Shown here: in pieces, positions 47,301 to 55,809 of the stretch
Numbering within the stretch: the first letter of the stretch is position 1
Layout: each line of letters opens with the position of its first letter
IMG/VR virus record: IMGVR_UViG_3300003690_000041
Span: 1-55,809 of that record
Length of the DNA: 55,809 nt
Reading direction: 5' to 3' (one strand)
Source of the DNA: a virus
Taxonomy: Duplodnaviria > Caudoviricetes
Position numbers and translations under genes: made by a program
The notes under the pieces: model-generated
What the model was told of the DNA's origin: nothing
Seen by the model: the letters and a program-made list of their open reading frames with translations, nothing else
Database searches by the model: none

Positions 47301-47592
47301 GCGGGTGAGTAAACGTCTTCAGCGCCTCGCCCGTCCTGTCCCACACGCTACCCAGCGCCTGGACAAACCCCTCTGGGTTGTCCAGCATCTGGTCAAAGCG
47401 ACCTCCCTGTAACTCCTGTTCCAGGGCATCGTCACCAATGGCACGACGTAGCTGCCTCTCTCCCCTGATAGAAGCATTTCGTGCAGCACGCATAGCCCTG
47501 CGCTGCCTAATAGTAAGAGGAGCAGTAAAGAAATCTGTCTCCTGCTGTTGCTCCAGGTCTTTTGCTACCATGTCAGAGAAGTCTTCAGGCAT
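44314..47592 (-). CDS. Large putative internal virion (ejection) protein
   Basis: 1092 aa, helical; SPGYHARN and KKYLFDYGELTQFER..FVPFYTWMRKNIP motifs; last gene of the late operon. Confidence 0.65.
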   Translation of the reverse strand: MPEDFSDMVAKDLEQQQETDFFTAPLTIRQRRAMRAARNASIRGERQLRRAIGDDALEQELQGGRFDQMLDNPEGFVQALGSVWDRTGEALKTFTHPLFDLLQIGQFTTAGAALELQRTGNGKEALKRASAEFLNALPFVDEADALALTGVDPTRASFRDVLERAEFAPFEDGRHNEYATAAAGFVLDVVLDPTTWLGGAGLRLAGGGIKSLAMPFVDLPGIKGVRGALGRKLVPHFELQELARKHPRMQESVDKFLGGLSEREGAVAEGAVEIRDLAVQLRSNLSPTESKFLGLYLDKTPDHFEAILRDVTAGDPRLMEHLQGKFQAFRGAYKDLADKELQGGIFDEGILRADYAPGRYGGATSVRKHKSLMAKLGLPEEDQLFEFSDSVAQEAAKLGQAAPIFTKAKKLNTLEHRVVASIGTELDPGAQFALRGLESVRARATQRFIDSVLSDPSVSYKIVDPQLLETMKKGGSGKSLDELMSEFGDDTGRQLFEQAESFRNSLGEIGYSAWRPFRGTMGEVTDMTSVAKLKKGTRFMDDEGIVYTVSKTTDDGIEAIKQGVDDVVKFSKSEAVNPFNVNPAYVLPRQFIDELNLADNIMSNRHDETKQFFNMMRTMQMPWKGWALASPGYHARNMQSNIFNNMLAGVGFKKVGGLMVPNPAPYAKALALVFGKGDNISLKVGDEVLKGQDIIRAARRFKVVERGLFTSDIPEQVEAEVFGNLWKKGGKSGFDKYLADVSNAKGDTLDRVIRSVEGKDTTRRELLKGVSETARERDALGLLNKAFGVNNPVLQFNRRIGEKVESHARLAHWIQKIGDGMSAEEAALSVKKYLFDYGELTQFEREIMKAFVPFYTWMRKNIPLQFQAIFENPGRYAAMTGKPIDAIESLSEDWRDVPTPDYFQELHAVRAPKEVADFVQTMNQTFDDVMAKVTGAQSVPTGLQPVFINPNYPFQDLNRMNWQDALSSLSPFVKLPFEWAMGEGGRGYSIFLDRPIEKFAGQPMETGVGGTDIKVSRKAQHAMETLFPPLGKMHRFADKARKGQGASQILGEVFGIKAIQVDVEEAERSKVYRYRDKIQRIRQKYRELGYNI

Positions 47593-49169
47593 TATTTCCC
47601 TCCTCCTTCCCGAAATTCGATTTTTTTAATCTCTCTCAGATCCGCCTTAGTCAGTCCCTCCGGCTTTTCAGGCTTCTTAGGCTTCTTAGGCTTCGTAGGC
47701 TTAGGCTGCTTATAACGTTTCTTAAACTCCTTCATAGGGACAATCTCTGGCCCTTTCATTTTGCGTGGCCCTTTTACGAATACACGGTCCAACTCAGCAG
47801 GTGGTGTATAAGTGCGTTTAAGGCCAAGGAATTCTATTTCATCCCTGATCAATGCAGCCACTCCCCATTTGGTCTGCCGTTTATTAATCTCTTCATTTGT
47901 TATGCCCATCCTTCGTGCCTTATTTTTCAAATCATCAATCGTATTACTGCTCATAAATTTTCTCATACTCCCGGCGTCTTCAAAGTCACCAACAACCCAA
48001 TTAATATCACTTTTACGAGCTTGACTCGCAGCACCCCTGGCAAAGATTTCCTCTTCTCTGGACCGATATTTTGGTCCCTTTTTAGGTTTAGGAGGGACTC
48101 TACTACTACCTGGCTGCCTACTTTTGGACCCCGATCCTGCTGTGAGTTGGCGAGGCGGACCTTTCTTTATCAAGTCTTGGGCTTCTTTTACGGATTCAGC
48201 CAAGTCTTGTGGAGTAGGGATCTGGAAATTGCCTGCTTTAGAAGATGTTCCTGGAAATCTTTCAGGTGCTTCTGGAGATTTGGCACCCCCCCGAGGGAAA
48301 AGAGTCTTTGTTCGTTTATAGGCAGGGTCCGTCGGAAGAAAATCCCTCTTCGCCGCCATCCTACCACCCAAAGCCACAGTTAAAGCAAGGACAGCAGCAT
48401 CTTCTACGCTAATATCATCCCCCCTAGCCAACTGACCAACCGCATTTGTCAAAAAACTAGATCCCGAATCATTCAATGCCTGTATTACTCGGCTATCGTG
48501 GAGGCCCTCTATCGCTGCTCTATACAGCTTTTTACGTCTTCGGCCTGTAGTAGACCTAGCCAGTCTATTAAGTACTTTAGGAACTATTTTAGCAGGTAGG
48601 CCTTTGGCTCCCCCAACAAAACCTCCTAGAATTTCGGCGGGATTTACTTCTTGTCCTGTTATTCCTTCAAAAACAGTCTGGACTAAAGGGAGTATATTAG
48701 GCGTAAATTCAGACGTATCAACACCTTTTGCCGTAGACTCAGTAAGTCCTAAATTTTGGGCCACCTCAAGGCCATGACCCAGTATATTGGCAGGGCTTAT
48801 AGCGCCTCCGGTTAAACCGCCAATAGCCCCTTCAGCACCCCCCAATACAGCAGAACCAAATTTCCCCAGTCTTGCAGGACCAGGAGAAATAGAGCCTGTA
48901 CGTTCAGGGTCAGGAGGACCCGACAATCCATATGAGGATATAGATTGCCCCATAATCCTGCTCTGCGTTATCTCAGGTATGTCATATCGTAAGTTGGCTT
49001 CCGTTATGATAGCCCGAATTATCTGATCTTGCTCTGCAACCCGATCAGGTAGAGAAGGCGATGGTGGTCCGATAGCAACTCCCAATGGAGGAAACTCTTT
49101 CGCAATATATTTTCTGAGCGTCTCAATTTCAACGTCAGACAACCGCATTCTCCTAAGTTGAAGAGGCAT
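47592..49169 (-). CDS. Hypothetical protein, possibly internal virion
   Basis: 525 aa, Gly-rich amphipathic segments and a basic tail. Confidence 0.65.
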   Translation of the reverse strand: MPLQLRRMRLSDVEIETLRKYIAKEFPPLGVAIGPPSPSLPDRVAEQDQIIRAIITEANLRYDIPEITQSRIMGQSISSYGLSGPPDPERTGSISPGPARLGKFGSAVLGGAEGAIGGLTGGAISPANILGHGLEVAQNLGLTESTAKGVDTSEFTPNILPLVQTVFEGITGQEVNPAEILGGFVGGAKGLPAKIVPKVLNRLARSTTGRRRKKLYRAAIEGLHDSRVIQALNDSGSSFLTNAVGQLARGDDISVEDAAVLALTVALGGRMAAKRDFLPTDPAYKRTKTLFPRGGAKSPEAPERFPGTSSKAGNFQIPTPQDLAESVKEAQDLIKKGPPRQLTAGSGSKSRQPGSSRVPPKPKKGPKYRSREEEIFARGAASQARKSDINWVVGDFEDAGSMRKFMSSNTIDDLKNKARRMGITNEEINKRQTKWGVAALIRDEIEFLGLKRTYTPPAELDRVFVKGPRKMKGPEIVPMKEFKKRYKQPKPTKPKKPKKPEKPEGLTKADLREIKKIEFREGGGK

Positions 49170-49212
49170 ATCATACTCCTATTTTCACGTAAAGCATCAG
49201 GATCGCCGTTGC

Positions 49213-50067
49213 TTATTCTCCTGTTGTTTTTCTCCCAAATATTTTTCTTGTTGGTTCTGATCCTTTGTATGGTAAGACTTCTACTTTACAGCCCTTTTGT
49301 ATAAATTGAGACAACTCCAACATATCATTATTGAACATTCTAACACATCCATGCGAAATAAATCCTTGGTTAATAAATTTTTCTTTTTCTTTAATCACTT
49401 TATCGGGTTCATACTGACCATGAATTAAAAACGGATTTCTATCTTTATAAAAAGATAAAGACATACGCATTTTAAAAGGCCCTTCTTGCCTTGGACCAGT
49501 TGGTCTTTTCTGTATCTGTATAATCTCCCCAATACCAGTAGGGGTGAAATATTTTTCCCCGTATCGCTTGCCAGTAATATCGCCTGTGCCAACATGGTAA
49601 CCACGAACCTCATTTCCTTGCTCATCTAAAAGACGCATCGTATTAGTATTCGGATCAATTACTATTGAGTACAAACCTTGAGGATCAGCAAGGTCTTGCA
49701 ATGCTTTTTGTGTAAAAGTAGTAACCGAATCCTCGGAAACGTTTCCAACTTGTTCTTCCGTCATTTCTTTTAGACGAGCAACAACAGGGTCAAGAGGCAA
49801 GTCAGAACTTTCCAACCTAACATCTTCAGGTTGAGGAAGTTCTACAGGTAATTGTAATCGCACCTTTGGTCGTATTAATATTTTATCAAGTCCAATATTG
49901 CTTGGAGTAATCTCTGTGTCTTCAGGGAAGACTATTACTAATTCTTCTTCAAGTGGGATTGATGGACGTATTTGATCAAGTCCAATATTACTTGGAGTAA
50001 TTTCTATGTCTTCAGGGAAATCTTCTGACTTAATTCCTTCAAGTGGGATTGATGGACGTATCGAGTC
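49213..50067 (-). CDS. L,D-transpeptidase (YkuD) domain, probably translated as a +1 frameshift extension of 50066-51838
   Basis: FTPTG, LIHG...ISHGCVRM catalytic motif; the frame is open upstream to 50103 with no ATG/GTG/TTG before 49863. Confidence 0.8.
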   Translation of the reverse strand, partial: DSIRPSIPLEGIKSEDFPEDIEITPSNIGLDQIRPSIPLEEELVIVFPEDTEITPSNIGLDKILIRPKVRLQLPVELPQPEDVRLESSDLPLDPVVARLKEMTEEQVGNVSEDSVTTFTQKALQDLADPQGLYSIVIDPNTNTMRLLDEQGNEVRGYHVGTGDITGKRYGEKYFTPTGIGEIIQIQKRPTGPRQEGPFKMRMSLSFYKDRNPFLIHGQYEPDKVIKEKEKFINQGFISHGCVRMFNNDMLELSQFIQKGCKVEVLPYKGSEPTRKIFGRKTTGE

Positions 50068-50080
50068 AAAGAAACCTCCC
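50065..50080 (-). promoter_or_regulatory. prfB-type programmed +1 frameshift signal
   Basis: GGG AGG TTT CTT TGA C: internal SD, 3-nt spacer, CTT-TGA-C. Confidence 0.72.
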
Positions 50081-51838
50081 CGACCCTTGCTGAAGGTCAG
50101 TTTTTATGGTGTCTGGTTGAATACTTGATGGCGATGGAGGACCCTGTGGTAGTTCACTTGATGGCGATGGAGGACCCTGTGGTAGTTCAGGAGAGCCAGG
50201 AAGTAGGCGGTTCTCCTGATCAGGAATTGTCTGGGGTTTAGAAGGTATCCTGAGACCTGTATCCGGCTTAGGGATACGCTTCATCTTTTCCTCGTCGTGT
50301 ATATTATCCAATACGCTCCTAGCGTAGTCTACGTGTGCTGGTTCATCTTGTGATTGTTTAGTAGTCAAGTCAAGAATGTTTTCTTTCTCAATCCTTACAG
50401 ATGGAAACTTATCGGCGTGGGTGTCCACGTACTGACTCGCCAAATCAAACAGTTTCTGTGCCACAGCAAAACTCATATCATGGTGTTGTGAAGAAGAAGC
50501 CATATTGAAAATACTGTCTCTCATAGCCTGTCTATCTTCGGAAGTAAAGTCTTTACCCTGTGCTATCATCTGATCAATTCTACTCTTCCACCCCTGTGAC
50601 CCAATGAATTTATTCCTTGCTGTGTCTCCTTCGGGGTCATTAGATGATGGCGGTCTGAGTGTCTCTATTAACTGGCTATGATATTTTTCCCTCTCGGCGG
50701 CACGCATTCCAGAATCAGGAAAAAGGTTACCAGCAGTAGCATCCCAGCGAAGCAACGCGTTTGTTATTTTTTCTTCTGTGGTATACTTTCTCATCTCAGC
50801 AGCACGACTTAACATTTTTGCTTCTTCAGCACTTCCCACTTTGATTTGATCAGGAGATTTATCAATACCCAATGAAAGAAGTGCCGCTGCTTGATATGAC
50901 CATTGATTATCGGCAGCCAGAAAAGTAGCTATTCTCAATCCCCTATCCGTCGCATTCTTGTAAGCAGATAGTTCAGTCTCACGAAGATTTTTGTCAAGAG
51001 TAAATTGAGTCAATGCATCATCTGTTTCCCTCTCATATAAGGCCCGGTCTCTTGTAGCCTTGATCAATTCTCTCTGTGTGGGCTTTTCTGTAGTTTCAAG
51101 CAGTAACCCTAAAGCATCAGGATCTTTACTGATTTGTTTCAATTTAGTGAAGAAATCAGCCTCTTTTTCATCAACAGCAGCAACAATAAGATCATTCAAA
51201 TAACCTATATCTTCGTCTGTTACATGCTTTCTTTCCTCTGAAGAAAAGAAATCCTCGATATTAACATTAGGACGCCCTGATTGTATTGCCGTGACAATCA
51301 TTTTCTCTTTTGCGTCAGCAATAAATAACGACCTTTTTTTAGCCATTGCATTCCGTTGTCTATTTGCTTCCTCAGGAGTAATGAAATTACTGAATTCCAT
51401 CCGTTGCACAAGATCGAGAAACGTATCCCATTCTCCTGCTTTCAAAGCCTCGGTTTTACGCCTCTCCGCTAAATCCCTCTCCCCCAACAGGCCCTGACGC
51501 TGCTGCTCTGCGAACTGTGCCTCCTTTACATTGCGCTTCTGTTCGCCTCGAATGCCAGCAGTAATACCCTTAGACAAACCAGTCCCCAGAGCAGCACCAA
51601 ATTCAGCACCTTTGCGACCTTTGACCAACGCACCAATACCAGTCCCGATCAACGGAGCCAGAATAGCAGCCCACTTCAACTTACCGCCAGAGTCAAATAA
51701 TTGGTCTGCTTTGACGCTAGCAGGTATCCCCGACTGCGCAGGGGCAGCCTGTGTCGGTGGAACCTGTGGAAGTATGTTCTGGGTAGGAGACTGAGGCTGA
51801 AGCTGAGTCTGAGTCTGAGTAGGAGGATTAGACGCCAT
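50066..51838 (-). CDS. Putative internal virion (ejection) protein
   Basis: 590 aa; Gly-rich hydrophobic N-terminal segment and helical body; AAGGAG RBS. Confidence 0.7.
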   Translation of the reverse strand: MASNPPTQTQTQLQPQSPTQNILPQVPPTQAAPAQSGIPASVKADQLFDSGGKLKWAAILAPLIGTGIGALVKGRKGAEFGAALGTGLSKGITAGIRGEQKRNVKEAQFAEQQRQGLLGERDLAERRKTEALKAGEWDTFLDLVQRMEFSNFITPEEANRQRNAMAKKRSLFIADAKEKMIVTAIQSGRPNVNIEDFFSSEERKHVTDEDIGYLNDLIVAAVDEKEADFFTKLKQISKDPDALGLLLETTEKPTQRELIKATRDRALYERETDDALTQFTLDKNLRETELSAYKNATDRGLRIATFLAADNQWSYQAAALLSLGIDKSPDQIKVGSAEEAKMLSRAAEMRKYTTEEKITNALLRWDATAGNLFPDSGMRAAEREKYHSQLIETLRPPSSNDPEGDTARNKFIGSQGWKSRIDQMIAQGKDFTSEDRQAMRDSIFNMASSSQHHDMSFAVAQKLFDLASQYVDTHADKFPSVRIEKENILDLTTKQSQDEPAHVDYARSVLDNIHDEEKMKRIPKPDTGLRIPSKPQTIPDQENRLLPGSPELPQGPPSPSSELPQGPPSPSSIQPDTIKTDLQQGSGRFL

Positions 51839-52076
51839 CTTCTTTTCTCTCCTTTAAATCGGCAAGGGTGAGTGTCTGTCGTATCCCTCTGCCTACAGGA
51901 TTATCCATCTCTCCAAGAGATTGTAAAACCATACGGAACCTGTCAGCACGCGTCCTCTTTATCTCTTCAGGAGGCATTTTCTGGAATTCAGGAGATATAC
52001 GAGGCTGTGGCAATGATTCATCTACTGGTTGGTTTCGCAAGAAAGGAAGACTCGGCATATAATACTCATTCGGCAT
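51828..52076 (-). CDS. Hypothetical protein
   Basis: GGGAG RBS before ATG 52076. Confidence 0.55.
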   Translation of the reverse strand: MPNEYYMPSLPFLRNQPVDESLPQPRISPEFQKMPPEEIKRTRADRFRMVLQSLGEMDNPVGRGIRQTLTLADLKERKEDGV

Positions 52077-52089
52077 ATCATACTCCCTA

Positions 52090-55000
52090 TTATATAAGGG
52101 CAGCAGCACCAATAGCACTACCTGCCTGGATTAGTGAATTAAGGAACCCGTTGCCCCCACCGCCAGACTGAGGGATATTTCCGCCAAATGATACATTGCC
52201 AGAAGGGAACAGAGTAGCAAGAGAAAGAGAGGCAAGAGCCATACGCTCTTTGGAGTCTATTTCCACTAACGCATCTATTGCCTTATTTACATGCTGGAAA
52301 TTATTAGGATCAAAATGCTCTGGTTCCATCTGCTGTGTCACAACGTTCCACGTATCATAACTACGGGGAATAAGCCCCATCTCTACGGCTAACTGAGCCA
52401 TCGTCTTGCTACCTGCATCATCCAGTCGGCCCAGTTCCTTTTCTGCCAACTGACGCTGCAACGAATCTGAACTGGCACCAGGGATCGCATCACCGTTAGC
52501 ATCATACACAGCAGCCAACTCAATGCCTCCCAATGCATTGACCGTCCACATCCTCTGTCCGAAAGTGGTATTAAACTGCCTCGCCTCTTCCGTCATAGCT
52601 TGACGTGTGTTGGCAAGGGCATTGGCGACTTTTGAGTGCTCTATTCCGAGAGCCGTAGAAGCCTGTCCTATCTCTGCATTTTGCCTCTGTCTGGTAAGTT
52701 CCAGACCTCTCTCTTCTATCGTAAGCCTACCCTCAAGGACGCCATCTGAATTGGCCTGTTTAGCGAAAGAAATAAAGTCCTCGAAAGCGATCACGCCGTC
52801 GTGGTCAAAGTCAAACTCAGGAGAAAAGTTAGGATCGCCTGCCTGTGATAGATAAGACCCCATAAACTCATCAATAGTGGCTCCGTTACTGGAGCCGAAT
52901 ATCTCCGCTACGCGCATCGAATCAATGGCCTTGTTCTCTCTGATGGCCTCATCAAGGCGTCTGTCTTCCAAAGCAATTCCCTTGTCAGCCTGTGACTTCG
53001 CTTCAAAGAACTGCTCCCTGGACAGGTTGAACGCATTGGCGTTGTCTTTGGCCCTCTGTGCTGCCTCTATGTCGAACTCCCGTCTGTTCTCCAGCAGTCC
53101 GTCTTCTTGCAGGCCCAGACTGACAAGGCCCAAGTCCCTTCTAAGAGCGAAGTCATGCTCTTGCAGGTTCATCCCTCTGGCTTCCAGGTCTTTGCGCAAC
53201 TTCAACTCCTCTTCATTGAGGTTGAGACCTCTCATCTCTGTCCTCTCCCTCAGCTTCAACTCTTCCTGTTTCAACCTCTGGTCTCTGGTGCTCATTGTAG
53301 CAGTAACGCCACCTTTGGGACCAAACACAGCACCCGTCAAATCAGCAGCAGGCAACGTCTGCGTCACCCTACGGAAATTGCCTGAAACAGGATTAAGGTC
53401 AAACCCTGCATTAGCAGCTTTCGTAACAAAATCGTCCGTTAGGGGAGTAACAGGGAATCCCAGAGCCTTTTGCAAAACCTCTACGTCCACCTCTTCACCC
53501 ACCAGAGCACCTGTAAGACCCGATTCCTGCAATCGTCTGAGATCATCTTGCCCCAACAGACTAATCTGTTGACCAATGGCCCCCTGGACAAATCCCCGTG
53601 CTGCCAGTTCAGCCTGTTCTCTGGACTCCTGTGCCCCTATCAAAGCACTAAGGTCTTCACGGCGTCCTTCTCTCATCCTCTGTGTCTTTTCCCGTGCCAA
53701 AGCAGACTCTTCTGCCAACTGTTGCTGCCCAATGGTCCCCAGGAGGCGCGTAGCATTGCCTGAGCCACCTTCTCCCGATATACCCACCAAACGGGACACC
53801 TGATCTCTGAGGGCGTCAGATCGCGTCTTGATCTCTGTGAGACGTGTGGCAAATTCAGTCGCTATCTGTGCATCTACTGTCCCTATCCCTATCTCTTTAG
53901 CAATATCACCGATTTTCGTTTCCATAAGTGAACGAGGATCTCTACCAAATACTTTTGCATTTTGCATTTTGCCTTCGGCGTCCTTACCAATACCTCCGTA
54001 AATTTTTCCTGGTGTAAGATCAGCCTGTGCTTGCACAGCAGAGGCTGTGTCTCCCCTTAATCCTGCAAGACCACCCTCTTGTCCTGCTCCCGTAAAGGGT
54101 GTTTTTATAGGGTCTACCACTCCGACCTTTTCACCTTCGGTCTCTACACCTTCGATCTTTTCACCAGGAATTCTAAATTCTTTTACCAATTTATCCCCTG
54201 TTCCAACGTTAACTTTTGTGCTTCCTATGTTACCAATATCCAAATTATCGGTATCCAAATCAGGCTCAGTCCCTACACCACCTACACCCAATCCAGGAGC
54301 AGTCCCTGGTTTATCTACTACCGGGATTCCAAGCACACGGCTTGGTTGGGTGACAACTGGAGTAGGAACTGTTGCTGTCTGTGCAGGTAAGGATGTACGA
54401 ATTGAGATAACGTTTCCATCTTCATCAAGCTGTGGAACAGGTGGAACAGGTGGAACAGGAAGAGGCTGTTGACCAAATATAGCGCCACCTCTACCCGCAT
54501 AGGTAGTAAAAGGAGAAGGAGGGGGTTTGGTCGGGTCAAAAACACCCGCAACCTGACCTCCTGCACCAGGACCCGCAGCAGGCAGATCCGGCTTGCCTAC
54601 AGGGTATTGAGCTTTGAGACTCCCTTGTACAGGAAAAGGCTGTACGCCACCGGGAGGAGGTTGAGTCCCATCACCACCATCACCACCAGGAGGAGGTTGA
54701 CGACTACCAGGAACAGGTACACGGTTTCCTTTAGCATCAATATAATATTTATATCCACCTTCATAGTCTGTTAGAATTGGTTCTCCATTAGGCCCAACGG
54801 TTGGAGCTTCACTAACAATTACACTTTCTTTTGTCTTAGCATCAATATAATATCTATTTCCATATTCATCTGTTTGAATTAGTTCTCCATTAGGCCCAGT
54901 AGTTGAAGCAGGATCAGTTGTCCCACCATCACCACCGAGGGGAGGGGGAGGAGGTTGAGTCCCACCATCACCACCGGGAGGGGGTTGAGTCCCACCATCA

Positions 55001-55809
55001 CCACCGGGAGGAGGTTGAGTCCCATCACCACCGGGAGGAGGTTGAGTCCCATCACCACCATCACCACCAGGAGGAGGGGAAGGGTGAGGAGTTTTTGGAA
55101 CGTTACCAACATTTACACGTTGTCCTGTAATTTTATTAATATAAAATGTAAATCCATATTCATCTGTTTGAATTGGTTCTCCATTAGGCCCAACGGTTGA
55201 AGGAGGATCAGTTGTCCCACCACCAGGAGGAGGAGGAGGTTGACCAACATTTACACGTTGTCCTGTATTAGCATCAATATAATATTTATATCCACTATCA
55301 TCTGTTAGAATTGGTTCTCCATTAAGCCCAACGTTTGAAGCAGGATCAGTTGTCCCACTACCAGGAGGAGGAGGAGGAGGAGGTTGAGTCCCACCGTCAC
55401 CACCAGGAGGAGGAGGAGGGGGTTGAGTCCCACCATCACCACCAGGAGGAGGCGGAGTAGCCTGCCAGTCCGGATGCGTATAGCCGCCAGCGTTGTCGTC
55501 CTGGTATCCACCAGACTCCTGTATGTATTTCCGATACCCCTCCATACCTCCCTTGTCGTAGGCCTGCTGGGCACCTGCCTGAGTAAAGCCACCCGGCACG
55601 GTGCTGTCACCAAGGCCACTGGGAGGTCCAACATTCGTGACGGTTATGTTGGTTGGTTGCCCACCGTCACCACCAGGAGGAGGAGGGGGGGGAGCCACAG
55701 CACCACCAACAGAAAAAGGTGGTTGACCACCAGGAAAAGGAACAGACGATAAAGGGGGGTAAGTCCCACCGTCACCACCGGGAGGAGGAGGAGGGGGGGG
55801 TTGAGTCCC
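52090..55809 (-). CDS. C-terminal part of the giant proline-rich protein (open to the right edge), putative ejection protein
   Basis: Frame open from 55809 to the stop at 52090; PPPPGGDGGTQ repeats, four copies of a ~30-aa module, coiled coil, EF-hand-like motif, Gly-rich hydrophobic tail. Confidence 0.8.
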   Translation of the reverse strand, partial: GTQPPPPPPPGGDGGTYPPLSSVPFPGGQPPFSVGGAVAPPPPPPGGDGGQPTNITVTNVGPPSGLGDSTVPGGFTQAGAQQAYDKGGMEGYRKYIQESGGYQDDNAGGYTHPDWQATPPPPGGDGGTQPPPPPPGGDGGTQPPPPPPPGSGTTDPASNVGLNGEPILTDDSGYKYYIDANTGQRVNVGQPPPPPGGGTTDPPSTVGPNGEPIQTDEYGFTFYINKITGQRVNVGNVPKTPHPSPPPGGDGGDGTQPPPGGDGTQPPPGGDGGTQPPPGGDGGTQPPPPPLGGDGGTTDPASTTGPNGELIQTDEYGNRYYIDAKTKESVIVSEAPTVGPNGEPILTDYEGGYKYYIDAKGNRVPVPGSRQPPPGGDGGDGTQPPPGGVQPFPVQGSLKAQYPVGKPDLPAAGPGAGGQVAGVFDPTKPPPSPFTTYAGRGGAIFGQQPLPVPPVPPVPQLDEDGNVISIRTSLPAQTATVPTPVVTQPSRVLGIPVVDKPGTAPGLGVGGVGTEPDLDTDNLDIGNIGSTKVNVGTGDKLVKEFRIPGEKIEGVETEGEKVGVVDPIKTPFTGAGQEGGLAGLRGDTASAVQAQADLTPGKIYGGIGKDAEGKMQNAKVFGRDPRSLMETKIGDIAKEIGIGTVDAQIATEFATRLTEIKTRSDALRDQVSRLVGISGEGGSGNATRLLGTIGQQQLAEESALAREKTQRMREGRREDLSALIGAQESREQAELAARGFVQGAIGQQISLLGQDDLRRLQESGLTGALVGEEVDVEVLQKALGFPVTPLTDDFVTKAANAGFDLNPVSGNFRRVTQTLPAADLTGAVFGPKGGVTATMSTRDQRLKQEELKLRERTEMRGLNLNEEELKLRKDLEARGMNLQEHDFALRRDLGLVSLGLQEDGLLENRREFDIEAAQRAKDNANAFNLSREQFFEAKSQADKGIALEDRRLDEAIRENKAIDSMRVAEIFGSSNGATIDEFMGSYLSQAGDPNFSPEFDFDHDGVIAFEDFISFAKQANSDGVLEGRLTIEERGLELTRQRQNAEIGQASTALGIEHSKVANALANTRQAMTEEARQFNTTFGQRMWTVNALGGIELAAVYDANGDAIPGASSDSLQRQLAEKELGRLDDAGSKTMAQLAVEMGLIPRSYDTWNVVTQQMEPEHFDPNNFQHVNKAIDALVEIDSKERMALASLSLATLFPSGNVSFGGNIPQSGGGGNGFLNSLIQAGSAIGAAALI

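Noticed and set aside
1-55809. Genome-wide stop-codon reassignment
   Set aside because: Core genes are intact in the standard code and all three stop codons end genes.

Overview
This window is a nearly complete genome of a tailed dsDNA phage (Caudoviricetes, podovirus-like gene layout). The contig is opened inside a giant proline-rich gene that runs off both ends. The minus strand carries the virion and lysis arm: TerS, TerL, portal, scaffold, major capsid, a glycosyltransferase/methyltransferase cluster, adaptor and nozzle-like genes, a repeat-rich tail fibre, an M15 endolysin and large putative ejection proteins. The plus strand (about 28.6-44.3 kb) carries early and replication genes: many small ORFs, an AAA+ ATPase, HTH and RHH regulators, an MT-A70 methyltransferase, an SSB-like protein, a resolvase and DnaB. 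I recognised no integrase, DNA polymerase, primase, tRNA or CRISPR array. Highlights: (1) an 18/36-nt periodic dual-repeat array (37726-38159), a mini-array (37207-37278) and orphan units, next to a nuclease-less IS110/Nop-fold protein, matching a TIGR-TasA-like RNA-guided system; (2) a prfB-type +1 frameshift cassette that would fuse a 590-aa putative virion protein to an L,D-transpeptidase domain; (3) a 14-bp palindrome CAGAACATGTTCTG in about 12 copies; (4) an 850-nt hairpin-rich region lacking a convincing gene behind a strong promoter; (5) short segments copied between unrelated genes. All protein calls come from motif recognition and synteny by eye; no database searches were run.
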